64,000 nt of DNA from Octopus vulgaris (taxonomy: Eukaryota), in the NCBI GenBank assembly GCA_951406725.2, contig OX597823.1, positions 31,992,001 through 32,056,000 of the forward strand, in the 5' to 3' direction. Within the stretch, counting starts at the first letter, position 1, and the number at the start of each line of letters is the position of its first letter. The notes beneath the pieces are model-generated. The model saw nothing but the letters and a program-made list of their open reading frames with translations, searched no databases and was not told the DNA's origin. Shown here piece by piece: positions 53,140 through 64,000 of this stretch. The position numbers were made by a program, and so were the translations under genes.

Positions 53140-53863
53140 GTCATCTATCTAGCTATCTGTCTATCTATCCGCCCATCTACCTCTAAGTATCCATAGTAGT
53201 TGCACAGGAGTAGTTAGCAAAAAGAACACCCATAAAGTACATTCCTTCACATGCTGGAAAGGCTCCCTAGAAGTAATTGATAGCTTTTCTTACATAGGTG
53301 GCCTGATTTGTTAGTAGGGTGGATGCTCCGAAAGAATAGCAACCAGAAAGAGAACGGGGTGGAAAAAGCTCAGGGAGCTATTGGTGGCAAGGGAGTCCTC
53401 TCTCTCTCTCTCTGAGTAACCTCAAGAATAGGTTGTTTGATGTCTGAGTATGAAGTGCCATGTTGCTCAACAACAAAACGTAAGCAAAGTAGAAGGAACC
53501 TGTAGATATGAAGACATAGGTGAAAACCGAAATCAAGAAGCTAAGCATCATGACGGTAATGACAAAGTATTGCAACAGATGGCGAGGTGATGATGGGCAT
53601 GAGAAGAAACAACCAACTACCATGCAATCATGTTAAAACAAAAATTATATACATATATATATATATATACACATATATACACACACACGTGTATATAATA
53701 TGATGATATATTTGTGTGTGTATGTGTATGTATATATGTGCATATTTACATGTGTATGTGTGTCTACGTTCGTACATCATGTATAACATATATTTTGGAA
53801 ATTTGAGAAAATTTATGCATAATATTCAAGGAATTATATATACATACATACATATATATATAT

Positions 53864-53906
<43 letters not shown>

Positions 53907-54062
53907 TATATAATCGAAGATATGTGACGATAGCAATGAAAATACATTTTTCCTCCGAATTTTTTTTTCGACACACGACCAAAGAAAATAAGACGAACAT
54001 AAACACAGAGAAGAAAAAGGGATACAGCTAAAGAACGGTTAAAAAACATGTCTTCAACTTAC

Positions 54063-54275
54063 AGAGCGTCAAAACATAGCCTAGTTACAGAAATGTCGAG
54101 ATAAGAAGTGTTGTTCTGTGAATGATTTATCTAAGAGAGAGGTAAGTGAATAATAGTCCACCATTTTGGGGAGCGAGAGACAAAAAGATAAACACTGTCA
54201 AAGATGGGTTGCTGACAACAACAATGACTCTGATTGGTCAATCCTACACACCGGATTATTCTCCCATTGGTTCGT
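54063..54275 (-). promoter_or_regulatory. Putative AGBL5 promoter and non-coding first exon
   Basis: Local CpG retention. Minus-strand donor TCT|GTAAGT at 54062, YY1-like CAAAATGG (about 54161-54168), two CCAAT boxes on the minus strand (about 54233 and 54266), and X-box-like GTTGCTGACAAC (54208-54219). Confidence 0.5.
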
Positions 54276-54364
54276 TTTCTGCTCTCTTTCTCTTTGTCTT
54301 TCCTTTTCTCTGATTATCTGTCTGTCTCTTTCGCTTTCTCTTTATCTTTCCTTTTCTCTGATTA

Positions 54365-54418
<54 letters not shown>

Positions 54419-54760
54419 GTTTTCTCTTTTTCTCTCGCTTTCTCTTAGTTTGGCGTAACAGCGTTGGTAACGTCTGTTCCTTTGCTTTTGGTTTATTAGT
54501 CTCACTCACCTGACTGACGCTAAACAGACTCCTCTGTTGCTGTTGTTAGCAATAATGGTGGTGATAGTGGGTGGGGGGATGATGTTGAAGGTTGGGGTGA
54601 TGGTGTTGAGGGTGATGGTGGTGGTGGTGGTGGTAATGACGGCCATGGGACTGATAGTAGCGTTGGTCATGGTGGTAATGGGTAAGGTGATCGTGCTTGT
54701 GGTGGTGGTGGTGGTTGTCATGGTGATGACGATGATGATGTTTGGCAGTTTTGTTAGTGA

Positions 54761-54941
54761 TGGTGGTGGTGGCGGTGGTGGTGGTGGTGGCGGTGGTGGT
54801 GGCGGTGGTGGTGGTGGTGGCGGTGGTGGTGGTGGTGGCGGTGGTGGTGGCGGTGGTGGTGGTGGTGGCGGTGGTGGTGGCGGTGGTGGTGGTGGTGGTT
54901 GTGGTGGTGGTGGTTGTGGTGGTGGTGGTGGTGGTGGTGGT
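54761..54941 (+). repeat. (GGT/GGC)n trinucleotide tract within a larger degenerate GGT/GAT region (about 54555-55010)
   Basis: Read directly from the sequence. Confidence 0.95.
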
Positions 54942-55524
54942 GAGTGTATTGGTAACGATAACACCAGCATCATCACAACCATCACAACCACAACAGTGAC
55001 AACCAAGTCTGGTGTAATGACAATAGTAATAGTGGTGATGATATTGTTGGTGTTGCTACCAGCAATAACAGTCTCCCGCCGTCCTCCGCCTCCCAGTTCA
55101 TTGTCGGCATCATCATTGTCTCTGCCAGATACCATGTTGTCACCTTCCCTCATCTTTACGGCTGCTCACCTTTTCTAGTTTCTACTCTTGATCCACTGCC
55201 ATCATCGCCCTTGTCTGTCACCCTCTTGAAAATTTAACCCAAGTCAAAAGCTCATTCCTGTGATGTTCCCTTCTACAACAAATAAAAATTAGATGAAGGA
55301 ATCCGAGTTTTCTCCCTTAGAGTTCACACACACACACACACACACACACTATCACTTTCTCCTCATTGACCCAATCCTATTTCCTTCACTTTCCCTCCTG
55401 CCAAAGCGATATTTACTGTATCCATATCAACCCCCATCTTGCATCATCTGTCACACTTTCTTCATACTCTTTTTGTTCTTTTATCCCGGTTCTCTATCTC
55501 ATACTCACCTTGTACCTTGAAGGT

Positions 55525-55590
<66 letters not shown>

Positions 55591-58430
55591 TATCTATCTA
55601 GCTAGCTAGCTGGAGAAGCTGTATTCTCTCTAGCAAGACACTTGTTCCTGCCCCACTATCTTAATGACTTGTAGGGATGTGGTTTTCCGTTATGCAACCA
55701 TAAATATCCTATAAAGTATATTAAATGTTTTTATAAGTCAACACCATGTCCTACTGCATTAGCAGTGCGCTTTACATTATTTTGGGAAGGTTCTTTCTAC
55801 AGATATTCTGTGGAAATTATAGCCAGCACTGATCTTTTGCTACATTTCATATCAAGACGGCAGACTTGGTTGTCACTGTAGTGGTTGTTGTGGTTCTAAT
55901 GATGCTGGAGTGGTACTCTGGCGTGGTGCTCTGGAGTGATACTCTGGTGTGGTACTTTATCAATAGGTGAATAGTAGAGTTGAGAATGGCAGGGTTAACC
56001 TAAGTGAAATTTGAACTCCAAGTGTAGAGAACCAGAACAAATACCACAAGTCATTCTAACTTATTCTGTAACAACTCAGCCAGTTTGACACTATTAAACT
56101 CCCTAATGATGTTGGCTAATCCTCATCTGAATCATGATGATTCATTTACTCTGTACTTATCTTCAATTTCCATGCTGTTAAGCAGATTAGAGGTAAATCT
56201 CCCTCCTCTGTAATCACAGCTTAGTAACTTTTCCTGCATGAGGCATATTCATCTTGGTGTGGCCAGCTAGTAATATAACATTCATCTTTTCCTCAGCCTT
56301 AAGTGTTACATGTAGTCTGTGAATTATATCACCTCATGGTATCTATTTACAGCTAGGTGGCCTTGGCCGTTAAGAGTTTGAGGTTTTGACACAACAAAAG
56401 CACTAGTGACATAAATATGGACTGTACAGTTCTTGCCTAACTAACTGATACCTTGTAAACTTGACCAGTTAAGGATCACATTTTCCAAGTGCTTATTTTT
56501 AGGACCATATTTTTTTACTTGTTTCCATGACTAGACTATGGTCATGCTGGAGGAAACACTTTTCATAGATTTTGATCAATTATATTGATCTCAGTACTTT
56601 GATACTTATTTCAGTAACTGCAGTAAATACAAAATGTTAGGTGAACCTTGGAGTAAAGAGAGACAACTAGGTTGGACATAAAAAAAAAAGAAACCATAGA
56701 GTATATCTGTTCCAATATAATACTTCTCACCCTACAGGAATATAAATATATCATGATGATGTTCATCATTATTTTTACTTCTGCTTTCGTATGCTTGCAT
56801 GGAGTGGACTGGTCCTCTCCATCACAGCATCTTACAAATTTTATATTCCCTTATTAGCTCTTTTGTGGGGTTCAGCATCAGCAGAGGTAATGTAGTGGTG
56901 GAATAGTGAGGTAGACAGAGTGATAAAAGTGAAGAAACAGGCTTTGAAAAGAGAGGAAGAAAGGACACAACAGTGGGGTGGGGGCAACACCTAGTAGGTA
57001 GAAGAGAAGCTATGCCTCAGGTATTTATAGCTTGGGGAGAAGCATAAAGTAAAAGGCTTGTTCATGTTTTGATGTCTTCTTCTTGAAGATAGGTGCTTAG
57101 CTGCAGTTAAGCTGCTGCAATCACAGGCTCACAAACTCTTAGTTTAAACTTCAGGTAAAAGTCAATAAAAAGAATATTCAATCAAAAACATTGTTTAAAA
57201 TTCCAATTTCAATTTTTTTAAACTGAATTTTGGTTCATGTTAGAATTAGGAAATAACATTTGGTGATTTTATTTTTTCCTTTGGAGAATTTTAAAATCAG
57301 CCTCCAGTTACTCTTTAGAGGTTTCTTCTTAAGAAAAAATACCAGCCATCATTCTGAAATATTCTTTATTTTCTAAACTGCTTTACATCCAAATGAATGT
57401 AGGAGGCAGATTTTATCATTTCAGAACAGCTGGACTCCAGCCTTTCCTACTCTTAATCATTCAACCAAACAATGTTTTTTTTTTTTTTTTTTGTTAATTA
57501 GGATTAAGCAAAATTATGTAACTCACTTAGAAGCATGTTTCTGACAGTCCAGTAAGATTTGATGGTCTGTTATCTTAATCTTATGGCCACTCTTTCGGAA
57601 TAATAAAAAAAAAGATCTGAGAAAACCTGTCAGAATAACTAGTGTTGATTTACGGTAGCGTAATAATTGCTTCTGATTCTGGCACAAGGCCAGCAATTTT
57701 GTGAGGAGGGGATCAGGAGATTCATCAATCCCAGTTCTGGACTGGTACTTTATTTTACCAACCTCCAGAGGGATCAAAAGAAAAGTCGATTTCAGAGGGC
57801 TTTTAACTAAAAATGTAAGGATCCAGAACAAACACTGCAAAGCATTTTTTTTTCAGTTTATTTTATTGATGCTGAAGGGATGAAAGATGAAGTTGGTCTT
57901 TGCAGGATTTGAACTCAGAATGCAAAAAGAACTGCAACAAATGCCATTAAGCAAATAATCCAACACTTAAGCAACTCTTTTCTACTATAGACACAAGGCC
58001 TGAAGATTTTGGGGTGGAGGCTAGTCAATTACATGGATCCCCGCACTCAACTGGTATTTATTTAATCAACCATGAAAGGCTGAAAGGTAAAGTCAACCTC
58101 AACAGCATCTGAATTTGTTTGACAAACTAACAATTCTGTCAATTTGTTGTCTTTAATAATAATAATAACATCAACAACAACAACAATAATAATAATTATT
58201 ATTATAATAATGATAGTAATGATAATAATAATAACACATGTTCACACCAAAGGAATTTTTATTTTTATTTTTTTATTGTTTTAGTAATTTTTTTTTAGTT
58301 TGTTTTATAGTTGATCTTGTAAATTGATTTCAACAGAGAAACCAATGAAGATCAAATTGGAATGGTAAAAATATTTTGACAACTTTGTGCTCTTAGCATT
58401 TGCTACTGCAGATGGCAATATTGTCCTGCA

Positions 58431-58441
58431 CTAATATAGAC
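58431..58441 (-). CDS. Probable terminal coding exon of the unidentified gene (C-L-Y-stop)
   Basis: Strong acceptor cttcttttctgtttcAG. Phase 1 gives TGT CTA TAT TAG. Several AATAAA signals lie on the minus strand at about 58257-58277. Confidence 0.5.
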
Positions 58442-58654
58442 CTGAAACAGAAAAGAAGGCTTGGAGTCAACATCAAAGAAAATATTATAATTAAGAGAAT
58501 TTATAGAAAAGAAGCATTTAAGCCACTTGTTTTAAAAAAAGACAACATTTTAACATTGTAGACAACCACAAGACAAAATATATATTTGACATTCACATCC
58601 AAGTTATATACATACATACATACATACATACATACATACATACATACATACATT

Positions 58655-59030
58655 AGAGTGTCTAATAATTGACGTGGCAGTGCCAGGTGACCAACATATC
58701 ATCATAAAAGAAAGAGAAAAAGTTGATAAATATGGATACTTGAGAATTGAGATCATTAAGATGTGGCAGCTACAAGAGTCAAGCATAAAGGTTATCCCTA
58801 TTGTCATCAGAGCATTGGGTTCAATACTACCAAATCTGAAAAAATATCTGAAACCTTTAGAAATACCCTACAATCTAGGTGTATTGCAAAAGTTGGCATT
58901 ACTTGGAACTGCACGCATATTGCATAAAGTACAGTCTGTCTGAGGTCCGTGTTGTGACTTGACAGATAGTACAAACCCCAGGTAGACACAATATCTTCAA
59001 TCAACAACCTCACGATATTGTATACTGTGT
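58655..59030 (+). mobile_element. R4/Dong-type LINE 3' fragment
   Basis: IIDVAVPGD...KEREKVDKY...VIPIVIRALG...LQKLALLGTARIL, the RLE domain. Confidence 0.8.
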
Positions 59031-59295
59031 GATGTCTATAATAATAATTATTATTATTTCAAATTTTTGCTTCAAGGGCAGCTTGGGGGAGGTGGGGATC
59101 AGTCGATTACATCGACTGCCCCCCACCACCACCCCAGTGTCTCACTGGTACTTAATTTATCAACCCCGAAAGGAAGAAAGGCCAAATCAACCTCAGCAGA
59201 ATTTGAACTCAGAACGCAAAGACGGGTGAAATACTACTACACATTTTGCCTGGTGTTCTAATGATTCTGCCAACTCACTGCCTTAATAATAATAG

Positions 59296-59329
<34 letters not shown>

Positions 59330-59555
59330 AATGTCACCTAAATAATTTCTAATATTGGTACAAGGCCTTCAAATTTGTAATAATCAGTGCTTTATTGGTA
59401 GTTATGTCACTCCAGACAGATGGAAAACAAAAGTGATCCCTTCAGAATTTAGAATGAGGCCATAAATAGTTGAAAGTAAACATCAAAAGGTATTTTGTCT
59501 ACCACAATACCAATTCTGTAATCTTCTTCTCTAATAGTATTAATAATAATGATAA

Positions 59556-60060
59556 TTCGGAGTTTACAATCCAATGTGACTCCCTAATCGATGCTCAGAG
59601 ACCAGATATTGTTATGGTAGATAAAGGAAAAAAGGAAACCAAGATTAGAGACATTGCAATACCTGGGGATGTGCACATAAGTGACAAAGAACTGGAAAAG
59701 ATGGAAAAGTACAGACTACCAAAAGACAAAATTGGAAGAATGTGGACTATGAGGAGAAAATCTGTCAACCATTAGTTGCAGGGGTACTTGGAACACTAAC
59801 AACCAAGTTTGAGAAATATATTAAAGAAACTGTATTTGACATGAGAGCAGAACAAACCCAAAATAACTGCTCTGCTGGGGACATCTAGGATTTTGAGATT
59901 GGTACTTGGATGTTGAATGTTTCCCACAATAATTAAAAACCAAGTATCAAAGTTTATAATGTGTGGAAAGAGACCCTGTGAGACCTCTGACAACAGGCTG
60001 CAGTCCATTCTCACAGAATCAATCAGACCAAAGAAGACCGAATGTTCTGAGAAGAAAAGC
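59556..60060 (+). mobile_element. R4/Dong-type LINE 3' fragment
   Basis: RPDIVMVDK...DIAIPGD...KELEKMEKY, the RLE domain, followed by an (AAC/AAT)n tail. Confidence 0.8.
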
Positions 60061-60308
60061 AACAACAACAATAATAATAATCCTTTCTACTATACGCACA
60101 AGTGCCTGGAATTTATAGGGGAGGTGGATAGTCTATTACATTGACCCCAGTACTTGACTGGTACTTAATTTATCAACCCTGAAAGGATGAAAAGCAAAGT
60201 CGACCTCAGTGGAATTTGAAGTCAGAATATAAGGACGGATGAAATGCCACAATGCATTTTGCCTGGTCTGCTAATGATTCTGCCAGCTCACCACCTTATA
60301 TAATAATG

Positions 60309-60374
<66 letters not shown>

Positions 60375-60391
60375 GTGATAATAATAATAAT

Positions 60392-61195
60392 GGGAAAGTG
60401 AAATGAAGGAAAGCTTTAGACGAGAATATCTCAGAAGAGCCAAGTTAATAATGGAAAGTAGACTCAATGAAAAAAACAAAATCAGAGCAATGAACACATG
60501 GGCTGTTTCCTTAATGCAATACAGGGCAGGTGTTGTTAGATGGACAAAGAATGAGCTTGAGGACATGGATAGGAAAACTAGAGAAGTGATGACAATTAAC
60601 AAGGAAATACACCCCAAAATGATACTGACAGCCTGTATGTGCCTAGAAATAGGGGTGGAAGAGGTCTCATAGGATGCAAGATCTGTGTTGTCAATGAGAA
60701 AAGTTTGGGATGGTACATCAAACAGCAGAGTGAATCTTTGCTTGCCACTGTTAGAATTGATAATATAATACCTACCAAAAACGTGATGCACCCACAAACA
60801 TTTAAGAAACAAACTGAAGAAGAAAGAGTAAATAAGTGGAAAATGAAACCACTGCATGGGCAATATCTCAGAGAAATCGGTCGAAGGAAAAGACAAAATC
60901 AACAATTGGAGATGGCTAAGAAAGAGCAATCTGAATGGATCAACTGAGGCATTGGTATGCAGCACCCAGGAACAAGCTCTAAGAACTAATTACACCAAGT
61001 TCCAAATGGATAAGAATAACGAATCACTCCTTTGTAGGATGTGTAACAGCAGAAACAAAACAATGTCACATATTGTGAGTGAGTGTAGCAAGCTGGCCCA
61101 AAAGAATTACAAAAGATAATGTCGCTAAGTTCATCCATTTGAGGCTATGTGAAAAGTATGGCCTGAACAGAGCATGGAAATGGTACGAAATGATG
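60392..61195 (+). mobile_element. R4/Dong-type LINE internal fragment
   Basis: NKIRAMNTWAV, PRNRGGRGL, QEQALRTNY and CRMC...HIVSEC (CCHC knuckle); flanked by (TAA)n. Confidence 0.85.
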
Positions 61196-61199
61196 AAAC

Positions 61200-61252
<53 letters not shown>

Positions 61253-61272
61253 TAATGAAGAAGAATTCTTAC

Positions 61273-61357
61273 ATGTTTTCATTCTAAGTGGGGTTAACAC
61301 AGTCCATGGAACATTGGTTGTGTAGACTGATCTTGGGAGGCGGAACACAGCATTAAC
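61273..61357 (-). CDS. Penultimate exon of the unidentified gene (VNAVFRLPRSVYTTNVPWTVLTPLRMKT)
   Basis: Acceptor ttccttctgcAG, open in phase 0, donor T|GTAAGA (phase 1). Confidence 0.72.
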
Positions 61358-62492
61358 CTGCAGAAGGAAATAAATCAGATTTTATTGCAGAAATAACAAG
61401 AACTTTCTACATCAATATGAGGAACCAAATTTATAAGGGAACAGAACAGGTAAATGAAATAACTCCATTATTCAATAGGTATATAATTTATCAACACCAG
61501 AGGATAAACTGAAAACAAGAAGCCCTTTGCAGGATTTGAATTAGGATATGAAAGGATGTAAGTTAAACACATACAATGATGCAATGACTCTCTTCTGAAA
61601 ATATTATGTTCTACATTTCGTGGTGTACCAACAATCAGAGCTTTCACTCATGGATTCCTTTGATGGCTGAATAAACTGAATTTAATTATTTTCAGTCGAT
61701 CAGGATTAACTCATTACTATGTCAACAGGTGAGACTAATCGCAGCCAGATGTGGCAACTCTTTACAACCAGCGACCTGACAGTCATTTCAATATATGTTG
61801 TTAAAGACATAGTTTCTCACAGCCTGCGAGCCTCAAAGTTCCAGACATTGGCATTAGGAAGGGCATCCAGTCCTAAGAACAACCATTGCCAAAGTGGACA
61901 TTGCCGCTTAATGCAATCCTGCAGTTCTTCAGATCCTGTCAAACCATCCGACTCATGCCAACATAAAAAACAGATGTTAATTGATGATGATGATGATGAT
62001 GACAATGACGCCGACGACGATGATGATATAGTTAAAGTAGAAAGTGTCTCTGGCAAAAGAAGACCAAAGAAGATCTGTGAAGGTTGAGATAGCAAGGTCA
62101 GATATCATGATGTGTTTTCTGAACAAGCTGACACAGGAGCAAGATAAATAACATAATGTATTGCAGATCTGTCCTAACCCTGCCAGCTGCTAGTGGGAGG
62201 GCAAGAAAGGGCAGGAATTAGAAAATCAATGCTGATTCAATGATGATGATGGCAATATATACTTACTAGAGAATTCCTATGAGAAACAGCTCCTTGGATA
62301 CACACTCCACGACAACTGTCTTTCATGACTGGGGATTCAAGAGTAACAGCTTTCAGGGTGGTGAATGGGAAGAGTGAATGGTGAACCTTATCAAATAATT
62401 TGCTTGATGCTTCTATCCAGCTTGGTGGAACTTCACCCTAAATAGACAAAGGTGAACATTAACAATATATAAATAAATAGCAATAATTTAGC

Positions 62493-62833
62493 TATTGTTG
62501 TATTTGGGGATGGACATGTTGCCAGTTTATCCAATAAAAACACACGCACTATATATTTGGTGTTCTGGTGTTCATTTGCTTCTGTTTTATTTTATATTAA
62601 TCGTATTTCAGCCAGAGTTCTTTCATCACACTTCTGTGACCTCATCAGTGGTCCATTGCAAAAAAGAAAGAAGAAAGCAAAGGACCACTGATGAGGTCAG
62701 AGAAGTGTGGTGAAAGAACTCTGACAGAAATATGATTAATATAAAATAAAGCTGAAGCAAGTGAACACCAAATATATAGTGTGTGTTTTTATTGGCTAAA
62801 CTGGCAACATGACCATTTCCAAATACAACAATA
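62493..62833. repeat. Imperfect foldback (arms about 155 bp)
   Basis: TATTGTTGTATTTGG... / ...CCAAATACAACAATA. Confidence 0.88.
62612..62651 (-). ncRNA. Minimal hammerhead motif in a foldback element
   Basis: CCA-CTGATGA-G-GTCAC(AGAAGT)GTGAT-GAAAG(AA)CTC-TGG. Mirror copy at 62685-62724. Confidence 0.62.
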
Positions 62834-62939
62834 TCTGTTTCAACACACAAATTCACATCAAGAATCTTGAAAAACGAATATATAAACATAATAATTTAGC
62901 TCTTTTGTGTAAAAAAAAAAAAATGGAAAAAAGCTTAGC

Positions 62940-63320
62940 TGTCACTCACAGGCAAGAGTGACATGGTAGCTAATAGAATACTTTCACTGTTAGAGGAACT
63001 ACATTTCTGAAATTCATCAGAAAGGCTGAATGTGTCTTAGCGTCACTTAGTAAGACCTTTGTCAGCCTCTCGACAGCTAACTATTTGAAGCTGTTATGTA
63101 CCATATGGCAATGGTACATTCATACTTACAGTTAGCATCTCCAGCCTGGAACTATATCTTGTCCAGAATGTCAATCCACTGGAAGTTGTCCATGGATGTG
63201 CAACCAGACAAATAGGGGTGCACACCATACTTTGAACATATTGCTTGTCTGGGTATCAACATTAAATTTTCATAGCCTAGTGGCTGACTTAGTAGAAGCT
63301 TACGATATTATTTACCATCT
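62940..63320 (+). mobile_element. CR1/L2 LINE RT C-terminal remnant
   Basis: IRKAECVLASLSKTF, LASPAWN-YLVQNVNPLEVVHGCATRQI and ADLVEAYDII. Confidence 0.7.
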
Positions 63321-63795
63321 TTCTATTGAGAGAGGGAGAGAGAGAGAGAGAGACAAATAGACAGACAGACAGGCAAACACACAGACAGACATACAGACAG
63401 ACAAAGACAGAGTGGGACAGACAGAGAAAGATACATAGATTTCTTTTCAGTTTGTAGATGGTCAACTTTCACAAGAGAAAGTGTATGGTTGATCGAATCA
63501 ATACCGTAAAAATCACAAAATTCTTTAGTCTACAAGCATATCTTACTGTTTTATATCTGCATTATATAATTTGATCAGTGGATCTATGGTACCTGTTGAT
63601 AGACAGGTGAACTAAGCCACCAAATGTAACAACTTTAGCCATAAACAACACAGTACAGAGTTTTTCAAGGAAATTCAATTGTTGTGGCTTTAATTATCTG
63701 TCCGCCATTCTAAGAACTCGAGTTATTTGTGGTCAATTGTGAAAAAATATGAAAACAACAAATAAAATGATAAATGTATTTTATTGGTGACTTAC

Positions 63796-63987
63796 GTCCT
63801 TGACATAAGTTTCAATTTGGAATTCTTGATAAGAATTCACTCGGCTGGTAATTTGTAACCTGGCCAAACTATCTGGTTTGCCATGAGAGACATCACGTAA
63901 CCATCTGTATGTGGCGACACTCTTACTCAATGGTAATGGCTGCAACATTTCCCAAATAATTTGTTCCCAGGACTTGGTGAGATTTGC
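63796..63987 (-). CDS. Internal exon of an unidentified upstream gene (ANLTKSWEQIIWEMLQPLPLSKSVATYRWL...ETYVKD)
   Basis: T8-CAG acceptor, 64 open codons of non-repetitive sequence, GAC|GTAAGT donor, phase 0/0. Confidence 0.8.
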
Positions 63988-64000
63988 CTGAAAAAAAAGT

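Noticed and set aside
54506-55178. 215-aa poly-Pro and 213-aa poly-Gly ORFs
   Set aside because: Products of the (GGT)n microsatellite; no domain content.
60288-60965. 225-aa minus-strand ORF
   Set aside because: Antisense to an R4/Dong fragment and ends in a (TAT)n repeat.
63130-63248. Apparent minus-strand exon with AG and GTAAGT boundaries
   Set aside because: The plus strand reads as a CR1/L2 RT remnant, and its open frame does not fit the phase 0 upstream exon.

Overview
Eukaryotic, AT-rich and repeat-dense DNA. The SINE and microsatellite content resembles an Octopus (coleoid cephalopod) genome; this is an inference. The minus strand carries AGBL5/CCP5 (cytosolic carboxypeptidase-like 5, a tubulin deglutamylase) as nine phase-consistent coding exons from the ATG at 34873 to about 3471. 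A probable non-coding first exon and promoter lie near 54.1-54.3 kb. Upstream, also on the minus strand, are the last three exons of an unidentified gene (63987-58431). Introns hold decayed mariner, RTE, CR1/L2, R4/Dong and Tx1-like elements, tRNA-derived SINEs, piggyBac/hAT/pogo MITEs and Helentron-like elements. The main unexpected signal is a dense set of minimal type I hammerhead ribozyme (HHR) motifs of the Penelope/retrozyme kind, in about 8 different small non-coding elements. These include a tRNA-headed SINE-like family (4 copies), a 356-bp retrozyme-like unit with terminal direct repeats, and several foldback elements whose cores show the compensatory C3:G8 to U3:A8 or G3:C8 swap. All HHR calls are from manual pattern reading; none has been tested for activity.
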